A DNA stretch of 64,000 bases from the NCBI GenBank assembly GCA_965218425.1, contig OZ244621.1:2848001-2912000 (forward strand). Direction: 5' to 3'. This DNA comes from an uncultured Candidatus Binatia bacterium (GTDB taxonomy: Bacteria > Desulfobacterota > Binatia > UBA9968 > CAXXLF01). Of this stretch, positions 1 to 8,040 are shown piece by piece (positions within the stretch are counted from its first letter, which is position 1; each line of letters begins with the position of its first letter). Made by a program: the position numbers and the translations under genes. The notes under the pieces were generated by a model that saw nothing but the letters and a program-made list of their open reading frames with translations, ran no database searches and was not told the origin of the DNA.

Positions 1-366
1 TCTACAGGGTGCTCAGCGAGGTGTTTCCCTATCCGCTTCAATATGTGCTCACAGACAATGGCTCTGAGTTCATGAAGCACTTCGATGGGGAACTGAGGAG
101 GCTGGACAAGGTCCACTGGCATACTTAATCCCAAGAGCCCAAAAATGAATGTCCATGTGGAGAGGTTTAACCGTACCCTTCAAGAAGAGTTTCTCGATTA
201 TCATGAGGAGTTGCTCATGGAGCCGGCAGCCTTTAACCGAGAGTTGATCCCGTGGCTGTTGTGGTATAACGAGGAGCGGCCCCATTGGGGATTGGAGTTG
301 AAGTCGCCTGTGCAATTTCTAATGGAGCAAAGACCCGAAGAGTGCAAAATGTGGTGGCCCAATACA
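1..366 (+). pseudogene. IS481-family transposase 3' remnant (integrase core), frameshifted, cut by the window edge
   Basis: Frame 3 reads ...VLTDNGSEFMKHF...WHT* (TAA 126-128). Homology continues in another frame as PKSPKMNVHVERFNRTLQEEF...WYNEERPH, so there is a 1-nt frameshift near 127. Similarity ends at ...CCCAATACA (366), fitting the TGT...ACA ends of IS481. Confidence 0.75.
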
Positions 367-720
367 GGAACTTGTTATTTCATGAAAGGAAGAGTATGTT
401 CTCTCCACAAGCGGGTGCCTTACCCCTCTTGCCGCAACGGCTGGCGATGACCGAGTTGGCTGTCAGCGTGAATTGGCCAAGTGAGAGCTCCTTGGCGGGT
501 ACCGGTCATCGAATGCATCGTCGGGGAAAATAGTTTCTGAACCGCGCGCCCAGCCCTCCCTTGTATTCGAAAATAGCCGTTGCATTTCGATAAAACTGCA
601 TCCGAATCTCATGGGTAAAGTAAGCAAGGGCGTGTCGATGCGCACCCACATCGGCTCGGGCCTCTATACGTGAGCGAGTTACGGTACGGCCCGGCACAAC
701 ATTATGAGGAGGTATTTCTA

Positions 721-1857
721 ATGAAAAGAATCAGAGTGGCCATCGCCGGTATTGGCAACTGCGCGAGTTCCCTTATCCAGGGTTTGGAATACTACAAGGG
801 ACAGAACGAGAGTGCGTTTGCCGGCCTCATGCATACCCGGATCGGCGATTGGGGTCCGAGCGACATCGAGATCGTGGCGGCCTTTGATATTGATCGGCGC
901 AAGGTGGGCAAGCGGGTGGAGGAGGCGATTTTCGCCGAACCCAACTGCGCCAAGATTTTTCAGCGCATCCTGCCGGTTTCCGACGTCGTGGTGCGGATGG
1001 GGCCGGTTCTCGACGGTGTGGCGTCTCACATGGCCGATTATCCCGATGACGAGGCATTCCGCCCCTCCGACGAGGATCCGGTCGATGTCGTCCAAACCCT
1101 CAAGGACGCCAAGGCTGAAATTCTAGTCTGCTACATGCCGGTAGGCTCTGAGGCGGCGGTTCGGAGCTATGCTCGGGCATGCCTGGATGCCGGGGTCGCC
1201 ATGATCAACTGCGTTCCGGTGTTCATCGCCTCCGATCCCGAATGGGCTGAGAAATTCCGTCGCGCGGCCCTGCCTATCATCGGCGACGACATCAAAAGCC
1301 AGGTCGGCGCCACTATCGTGCACCGAACCCTGACCCGGCTATTCGGAGACAGGGGCGTGTCGCTTGATCGCACCTATCAGTTGAACACGGGCGGCAACAC
1401 GGATTTCCTCAATATGAAGGCTTTAGACCGCCTGAAGTCCAAAAAGGTCTCCAAGACGGAGTCCGTGCAGTCGCAATTGGACGAACGCCTGGTTTCTCGG
1501 GACATTCATATTGGACCGTCCGACTACGTGCCGTGGCAGGACGACAACAAGGTTGCCTTCATCCGGATGGAAGGCCGCGGCTTCGGGGACGTGCCGTTGG
1601 AACTCGAGCTCAGGTTGTCGGTCGAGGATTCCCCTAACAGCGGTGGTGTGGTCATCAATGCCATCCGTTGCGCCAAACTGGGGTTGGAGCGTGGCATCGG
1701 CGGACCATTGGAGGCGCCCTCCGCCTACTATATGAAAAGCCCGCCCAATCAGATGCGCGATTCGGTGGCCTATGATTTGACCGAGAAATTTATTCAAGGC
1801 AGTGATGCCTGCGGTATTTCCAGTATGGAGGCTATTCGAACAACCGTCGGTGAATAG
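721..1857 (+). CDS. ino1: myo-inositol-1-phosphate synthase (inositol-3-phosphate synthase)
   Basis: GIGNCASSL NAD-binding motif, plus GDDIKSQVGAT, QLNTGGNTDFLNM, SKKVSKT and EDSPNSGG. RBS GAGGAGG lies upstream of ATG 721. Confidence 0.95.
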   Translation: MKRIRVAIAGIGNCASSLIQGLEYYKGQNESAFAGLMHTRIGDWGPSDIEIVAAFDIDRRKVGKRVEEAIFAEPNCAKIFQRILPVSDVVVRMGPVLDGVASHMADYPDDEAFRPSDEDPVDVVQTLKDAKAEILVCYMPVGSEAAVRSYARACLDAGVAMINCVPVFIASDPEWAEKFRRAALPIIGDDIKSQVGATIVHRTLTRLFGDRGVSLDRTYQLNTGGNTDFLNMKALDRLKSKKVSKTESVQSQLDERLVSRDIHIGPSDYVPWQDDNKVAFIRMEGRGFGDVPLELELRLSVEDSPNSGGVVINAIRCAKLGLERGIGGPLEAPSAYYMKSPPNQMRDSVAYDLTEKFIQGSDACGISSMEAIRTTVGE

Positions 1858-2725
1858 CTCCGACAATCAGGCTGCCAATAATAGTCCTGGCGGTGCAAAC
1901 GTTGCCCTGACCGTAGCCTCGCCCTGGGTGGAGCGGTTACTCATGCTCCACCGCCAAGTGCGCAGTGCGGTCGCGAATGCAGACCGCGCTGGAACCGGAT
2001 CAAGGAACGCAAAGGGCGACGATGTCAAACGCTTCGACCTGGTCGCCAATGACACGGCTTTAGCTGTCCTGCGGGGACTCCAGTTGCCGATCGTCGTCGA
2101 TTCCGAGGAGAGCGGACCTTTGGAAATCGGTTCCGGCACGCCGCGATACCGTATCGTCCTCGATCCGGTGGATGGGTCCGACAACTGGGCGCAGGGGTTG
2201 CCGTTGTCGGCCTTGTCCTGCGCCGTGCTGCCGGCTGACGCCCCCCTCCATCCCGATTGGGTCGAAGTAGCTCTGGTCGGGCCGCTCGAGCCGGACACGC
2301 CCCTGATCGCGCTCAAGGGCTCCGGTACTTGGCGCGGGAAGGAACGCCTCCGGACTTTCGGCGTCCGCAAGATTGCCGGGGCCACGATCTCAGTCGAACT
2401 CAATCATCATTCCCCGTCGCCGGGCCTTGCCCGTCTGATGGTCGCTGCCAGAGGCGCGCGGTGCTACGGTTGCGCGTCACGCGCCATCTCCCTGGTCGCC
2501 GAGGGCGCGATTGATGCCCATGTGGACGCGCGTGGCCGTCTGACCGCTGAAAGCTACCTCGCTGCCGCACGATTGGTGATCGAGGCGGGGGGCTGGGTTG
2601 TCAGCCCCGACGGTGCGCCCCTGGCGGCGCCGGAGAATTTGACCGACCGCGTCAGTCTGGTCGCGGCGTCGAGCCGGGACCTGTGCGATGAAATCGTGGA
2701 AGTTTTGGGCGATGAACAACACTGA
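1850..2725 (+). CDS. inositol monophosphatase / FBPase (FIG) family phosphatase
   Basis: SEE and DPVDGS metal-binding motifs, plus the RCYGCAS segment. GTG start overlaps the ino1 stop; the exact start is uncertain. Confidence 0.85.
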   Translation: MNSSDNQAANNSPGGANVALTVASPWVERLLMLHRQVRSAVANADRAGTGSRNAKGDDVKRFDLVANDTALAVLRGLQLPIVVDSEESGPLEIGSGTPRYRIVLDPVDGSDNWAQGLPLSALSCAVLPADAPLHPDWVEVALVGPLEPDTPLIALKGSGTWRGKERLRTFGVRKIAGATISVELNHHSPSPGLARLMVAARGARCYGCASRAISLVAEGAIDAHVDARGRLTAESYLAAARLVIEAGGWVVSPDGAPLAAPENLTDRVSLVAASSRDLCDEIVEVLGDEQH

Positions 2726-4088
2726 CTTGACCACGGCGGCGCCGGAGATGGCGCTGATCCTGGCTGCCGGATTGGGGTCGCGGCTTCGACCGCAAACCCA
2801 TACTCCGAAACCCCTGACCAGGGTGCTCGGATTGACCCTCGCGGAACGGACCGTGTGCACCTTGCTGGGCGCCGGCATCCGCCGATTCCTTGTCACCCTC
2901 GGTCATGAGGCTGAAGCGGTCAGGACCCATTTTTCCGATATCGTCCAACGTCGCGGCGTCACGATTGACTTCATCGAAGCCGAGGACTGGGAGCGCGGCA
3001 ATGGCGCCAGTGCCCTGGCGGCCAAGGGTCGCACCGGCGAGGCGCCCTTCTTCCTGGTCATGATCGATCATCTTTTCGATCCCCGGATCGCCCGGGCACT
3101 GGCCGACTACCCTCTTGCACCGGGAGAAATGTGCCTCGCCGTGGACCGCGACAAGTACAGCATCTTCGATCTCGACGATGTTACTCGGGTCAAGATCGAC
3201 GACGGGCGCATTGCGAAGATCGAGAAGACGCTCAACGATTGGGATGCTTGCGACACCGGGGTCATGCTTTGTACGTCCGGCCTGTTCGAGGGTCTCGAGC
3301 GCGCGGCGGCACGCAACGAGCATGGACTCTCCGACGGGCTCAGGGAACTGGCGGGCGAAGGCCGCGCGAGTACCGTCGATGTGACGGGAATGCCGTGGCT
3401 CGATGTGGATACACCCGAGGCCTTGCGTGAGGCCGGACGAAGGCTCATGCGCGACCAGGCCGGTAAAACCCGGGACGGGCCGGTGGCGCGCCATTTCAAC
3501 CGACGAGTTTCCCGTTGGCTCAGCCGCTATCTGGCTGCCACAGCCGTGACGCCTAACCAAATCTCGCTGGCATCCTGGTTGCTGTCGTGTATTGCGGCGG
3601 GATTGATGGCATTGGGCGGCTATCCGACCCTGGCCGCCGGCGGCTTGCTGGCACAACTGACCTCGGTCGTCGATGGATGCGATGGCGAGATCGCCCGGCT
3701 AAAGCATTCGCAGAGCGAGTTCGGCGGCTGGTTCGACGCGGTCCTCGACCGGTATGCCGACGCCATCCTGTTATTCGGTCTGATGTGGCATGAATTCGCG
3801 TCAACCGGCACACACTTGTCTCTCGTGCTGGGATTCGCGGCGATCGTGGGGTCGTTTCTGAACAGCTACACGGCGGATAAGTATGACGGGTTGATGGCGC
3901 ACAGACTGCAAGGCGCCTCATACTTTCGGCTGGGCCGGGACATGCGGGTGTTCGTCATTTTTATCGGCGCCATCTTCAACCTTCCTCTCGTCACCCTGGG
4001 TGTTGTCGCGGTGGTGATGAATGTGGAGGTGGTTCGGCGAATTGTCGTTTGTGCCGGCGCGGACACCAACGTAAAGGAGCGACTTTGA
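2712..4088 (+). CDS. bifunctional inositol-1-phosphate cytidylyltransferase / CDP-alcohol phosphotransferase (IPCT/DIPPS-like)
   Basis: N-terminal NTP-transferase domain (ILAAGLGSRL, PKPL, WLDVDTPE). C-terminal membrane domain with DGPVARHFNR, TPNQIS and the CDP-alcohol motif DGCDGEIAR-x8-G-x3-D-x3-D. Operonic with ino1. Confidence 0.88.
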   Translation: MNNTDLTTAAPEMALILAAGLGSRLRPQTHTPKPLTRVLGLTLAERTVCTLLGAGIRRFLVTLGHEAEAVRTHFSDIVQRRGVTIDFIEAEDWERGNGASALAAKGRTGEAPFFLVMIDHLFDPRIARALADYPLAPGEMCLAVDRDKYSIFDLDDVTRVKIDDGRIAKIEKTLNDWDACDTGVMLCTSGLFEGLERAAARNEHGLSDGLRELAGEGRASTVDVTGMPWLDVDTPEALREAGRRLMRDQAGKTRDGPVARHFNRRVSRWLSRYLAATAVTPNQISLASWLLSCIAAGLMALGGYPTLAAGGLLAQLTSVVDGCDGEIARLKHSQSEFGGWFDAVLDRYADAILLFGLMWHEFASTGTHLSLVLGFAAIVGSFLNSYTADKYDGLMAHRLQGASYFRLGRDMRVFVIFIGAIFNLPLVTLGVVAVVMNVEVVRRIVVCAGADTNVKERL

Positions 4089-4363
4089 AACAGGCGGGTG
4101 AAGAGGGGCGTCATCCTCCTCTCGCCGGCGCGCCGGGAATGGCGGGGACGGCTGTGGTTCGAGTAACGGCCGCAAGGGTAGGGCGTTCGTTTCATTGCTG
4201 GGATCGCCGGGAGATATTGGATAGGGTGCGTAGCCGGGCGCAGATTGAAGATTACTTGATAGCGATAGTGCAGAATACCGAGCTGTCGATTGATCATGCA
4301 TGGCCAAAACTCAGAGCGGTTATGGCTCGGTTGGATCTATTGCGCTAATTAACCGACGTTTGG

Positions 4364-4543
4364 GCAACGGCCCGGCAAGACTTGATCCCTTCTACTCGGG
4401 ATGTCGCGTTCTAATGAGGGGGGCGTGAGGCGCTGCCGGCCCCGATTTAACGGCCCTTTCAGGCCCGTTTTTCGAGCCCGAAATTCCCCGGAAAATCCTG
4501 CCGGTTTCCGGCCCGTTTCCACTTAATTTTGTCAGAATTTCCA
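4364..4543 (+). repeat. non-coding repeat block A, copy 1
   Basis: Aligns by eye with 7552-7735; shared runs include TTCTACTCGGGATG and AACGGCCCTTTCAGGCCCGTTTTTCGAGCCC. Confidence 0.85.
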
Positions 4544-4563
4544 ATTATTGCCGACCGCCTACA

Positions 4564-4816
4564 GGGACTCTGCGGGAGCCGAGACCGGAAATCAGTGACT
4601 TAGAGAGGGTAGAGTGGACCGAGATCGGGACCAAGAAGCAGCTTGACTTGGCAATACTTCAAAGAGTTGTAACGGCATCTGAGCAGTTCGAGATGATCTT
4701 CCCGTCGCAACATGCGCCGAGCGTGACTGAGGGTCCGGCGATTCCGGTAGGCCGTTAACCCATGCCATTTGAGCAGGTGACAAGAGACCCAACAACAATT
4801 GATTGCGGAAGCGCCG
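4564..4816 (+). repeat. non-coding repeat block B, copy 1 (IHF-consensus match at 4590-4602)
   Basis: Aligns with 7286-7507 (GGGACTCTGCGGGAG, GAGACCGGAAATCAGTGACTT, GAGATCGGGACCA, ACAACAATTGATTG). AATCAGTGACTTA fits WATCARNNNNTTR. Confidence 0.85.
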
Positions 4817-5205
4817 AGGTGAGATGGCAGAGTGTACTAGGGCCAAGGACTTTCGTAGAAGAGGTAGAGGATCGATTCTTACGTGATCGAGAAACTGGCT
4901 TGACCGGGGTCGGTGGCGAATTATCTAATAAGGCGGTATAGTTTAGTGAGGTGAGTGGAGATAGGCGGGCAAGTCGGGTTGTAATATAGTACGGTGGGCA
5001 ATATGGTTTGCCGGGTTGCCGGGAGTAGGGACCGAGGCCTGCGTGCGGTATTGAATGAAACTGAGGTAGCAATCAAGAATCCATGGGCCCGACCCCCACA
5101 GTCGTACCGGCGACCTCTGCCGACGCCGAGGTGAAAATCTCCACCACGAACTTCGGAGAGGACACAAATGATTTTCGTTCTCAATCAACCTAAAAAGAGG
5201 CCTGC

Positions 5206-6795
5206 ATGCGCGTATTTTTGATTCACGTTCGCGACCCGCAGTTCTATGCACTGCCGGCGAAAACCCGCGCCAAGAACGGCAACATCCGGGTCATGGGGTT
5301 CCCGCCCATCGGGATCATGTCGCTCTCTGCCGTGCTCAAGCGTGCCGGCCACGAGTGCGTTATGTTCGACCAGGCCAATCCGGCAACACCGACCGAGGTC
5401 ATTATCGAGGAGATCAAGCGGCGGCGGCCGGCGCTGATCGGCCTGAGTTTCCTGAGCACCACGAGCTACCCGTATGCGAAGATCCTGGCCCGGCAGATCC
5501 GGGCGGCCGATCCGACGGTGCGCCTGGCATTCGGCGGGGTATTCGCCACCTTGAACGCACAACTGGTGAAGCGGCAATGCCCGGAAGTGGACTTCGTTTG
5601 CCGCGGCGACGGTGAGCAACTGATTCTCGACCTGGTGGAGCGGCTGGAAGACCCTGCCGACGTGGCCGGGGTTACCTGGGCCAAGGACGGGAAACCGGTG
5701 CATAACCTGGACCGGCCCCTGGAACGCCACCTCGATCAGTGGCCGTTCCCGGACCGGGAGAGCCTTCCCTTGGACTTCATCGAGTCCATGCCCCTCGATG
5801 TGCCCGCGGTCCTGTCCATGGATCGATTTACGACCATGCAGACCTCCCGCGGCTGCCCGTGGCCGTGCGTGTTCTGCGACATTCCGATCTTCAACGAAGG
5901 GAAGTGGCGCTCCCGTTCTCCTCGGCATGTTTTGGAGGAATTCGACCACCTGCAGCGGATGGGCTACGGGGCGGTCTACTTCGTGGACGACCACTTTCTA
6001 CTTCAGCCCAAGCGGATCGAAGCGATCTGCAAGGGTATCAACGAGAGGGGGATCACCATTGAGTGGGGCTGCGAAGGGCGCGTCGACTCGGTCGTCCAGC
6101 ACCTGTTTCCAGCCATGGCCGAGGCTCACTGCCGCACCCTTATGTTGGGAATCGAGTCCGGGAGTCAAAGGGTGCTCGATCGATTAAAGAAGGAACAAAC
6201 CCTTGCAGAGGTTGAGACAACCGTGGCCAATGCCAAGAACGCGGGAATTGAAATCGTGCACGGGTTTTTCGTTATCGGGAGCCCGGACGAGAAGGCTGAG
6301 GATGTTCGCGCCACGTTCGACTTCGCCGCAAGGCTTCCCCTGGACACCTTCGGGTTCAACCGCCTTTGCGTCTACCGCGGGACCCCGCTCTGGCACGAAT
6401 ACGTAGAGCGCGGCTTGGTCAACGACACCGATGATTGGTACAAGTATTTCAAGTGCACGGAGATCGATCCTACCTGTCTTTCCGGCGAAGCCGTAAACGT
6501 CGAGCGGACCGCCGGTTTGCGGCGGCTGTATCGCTACAAGCTCAGGCACTTCCCGCTCCAGACGTTTCGACTGCTGAGGCGTTTCCTCCGTCACATGCCG
6601 CTGCGCGACTTGATCTATCTTATCGGTAAGCCGTTCTTGGGGGCGAAGCGAGGGCCGACCAAGGCCGAAGTGCTTTCCCGCGCGGTCGATCACGGCGAAG
6701 CAAAGTCGGCGGCGGCGGAGCTCACACAGGTATCCGACCCCGTCCTTGCAAAGGTTGTGGAGCAGTCACTGTTGGAACGCCGGCGGCTGCAGTGA
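5206..6795 (+). CDS. B12-binding domain radical SAM protein (class B methyltransferase-like)
   Basis: PPIGIMSLSAVL and GGVFAT...VCRGDGE B12-binding domain; SRGCPWPCVFC (CxxxCxxC); FVDD; LGIESGS. Confidence 0.9.
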   Translation: MRVFLIHVRDPQFYALPAKTRAKNGNIRVMGFPPIGIMSLSAVLKRAGHECVMFDQANPATPTEVIIEEIKRRRPALIGLSFLSTTSYPYAKILARQIRAADPTVRLAFGGVFATLNAQLVKRQCPEVDFVCRGDGEQLILDLVERLEDPADVAGVTWAKDGKPVHNLDRPLERHLDQWPFPDRESLPLDFIESMPLDVPAVLSMDRFTTMQTSRGCPWPCVFCDIPIFNEGKWRSRSPRHVLEEFDHLQRMGYGAVYFVDDHFLLQPKRIEAICKGINERGITIEWGCEGRVDSVVQHLFPAMAEAHCRTLMLGIESGSQRVLDRLKKEQTLAEVETTVANAKNAGIEIVHGFFVIGSPDEKAEDVRATFDFAARLPLDTFGFNRLCVYRGTPLWHEYVERGLVNDTDDWYKYFKCTEIDPTCLSGEAVNVERTAGLRRLYRYKLRHFPLQTFRLLRRFLRHMPLRDLIYLIGKPFLGAKRGPTKAEVLSRAVDHGEAKSAAAELTQVSDPVLAKVVEQSLLERRRLQ

Positions 6796-7285
6796 TAGGT
6801 TTTGCGATTTAGGGTGAGGGTTTGTAATCGCACATCAATCAGGCGGCCGGCCCAAGTAAACAAGGCTCCGGGATCAATTCTTGGTTAATGAGGCGACAAA
6901 CGGAGGCGGGTGTTTCTTGATGAGGCTGAATATCCTGCGAAGATTCATTTTTAGGATATCGGCCATTTCGCCGGCTGATGAATTCGATGTCGGAACAGCA
7001 AGAATAAAGACCTGACGCCGTTGCCCTCATCGTCCCGGATGCCCAACGGATTGCGGGCGCCGGACAACCGCGCGGTCGGCGCCGGGTCCGCCTGTGAGAC
7101 GGTCGTCCCCGGGGGAAGGCGGCCCGCGGTGACCCGGGGGTTGTCATCCACGCGGGGTAGGGCGGCTGGCACGGCCCGGGCTTGCGGCCCCAACGGCGGC
7201 CTCGTCCGCCGGTCTTGGCGTCCGGAGCTCAACGCAGTCATCCTTGGGTATCGTCGAATTAATGATAATCCATCCGTTTTGCGGC

Positions 7286-7507
7286 GGGACTCTGCGGGAG
7301 CGGAGACCGGAAATCAGTGACTTGGAGTGGGTAGAGCGGGGCGAGATCGGGACCAGACAGCTTGAGTTGACGATACTTCAAGGAGTTGTGACGGCATCTG
7401 AACGGTTCGAGTAGATCTTCCGGTTACAGCGATTCAGGCAGGGCGTCAACCCATACGACATGAGCAGGCGGCAAGAGACCCGACAACAATTGATTGGGGA
7501 AGTGCCG
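7286..7507 (+). repeat. non-coding repeat block B, copy 2
   Basis: Diverged direct copy of 4564-4816, with IHF-like AATCAGTGACTTG at 7312-7324. Confidence 0.85.
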
Positions 7508-7551
7508 TATAGCCAGAGGGCTCTGTTAACACACTAAAAATATCGATTTCA

Positions 7552-7735
7552 GCAACAGCCCGGCACGACATGACCTTTTCTACTCGGGATGGTCGCCTTC
7601 CAATGAGGGGGGATTCGTGAGGCGCCGCCCGGCCCGATTCAACGGCCCTTTCAGGCCCGTTTTTCGAGCCCTAAACGCCCCGGAAAATCCGGCAGGTTTC
7701 CGGCCCATTTCCATCCGATTTTGTCGGAATTTCCA
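7552..7735 (+). repeat. non-coding repeat block A, copy 2
   Basis: Diverged direct copy of 4364-4543. Confidence 0.85.
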
Positions 7736-7819
7736 TCTTTTTCCGTTCGCTTAACCGATATTCAAGCCGCGATACCGGAGTGATAAGCCGTGGGTTGAGC
7801 TGATTAGACCACTGCGTCC

Positions 7820-7905
7820 AAATAGACAGGACATTCCAAGAGAGAATTGGTACAATGCAAACTGGAATCCGAAAGGGAAGGAAACCCAAAATAGCAAGAA
7901 GGCGT
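7820..7905 (+). repeat. 86-bp repeat C, copy 1 (upstream of Type III mod)
   Basis: Ungapped match to 14715-14800 with 13 mismatches in 86 nt by manual count. Confidence 0.9.
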
Positions 7906-8040
7906 TCCTGAACCGACCCCGGTTTTACGCCATAGTCGATCGGTTGACCAGGTCACGCTCAAAGAGGGCAAGGCGGCCATCCTGTGGTTCGAACAGGTGC
8001 TCGCCCGCAAAATGAACATCATCGACAAAGAAGAGACCGC

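Noticed and set aside
670..720. Upstream GTG start for ino1 given in the ORF track
   Set aside because: A strong RBS precedes ATG 721 and family homology starts there. Similar over-extended starts were trimmed for several other genes.
4049..4348. 99-aa ORF whose C-terminal half looks protein-like
   Set aside because: No credible start or recognisable motif; possibly a gene remnant but cannot be assigned.
5185..5994. Long antisense ORFs (also 2652-3656, 11427-12443, 29199-29687, 33480-34295 and others)
   Set aside because: Shadow frames of well-supported genes in GC-rich DNA; no motifs.
7516..7561. GGGCTCTGTT...GCAACAGCCC imperfect inverted repeat as a MITE or IS5-type end junction
   Set aside because: Too short and imperfect, with no target duplication identified.
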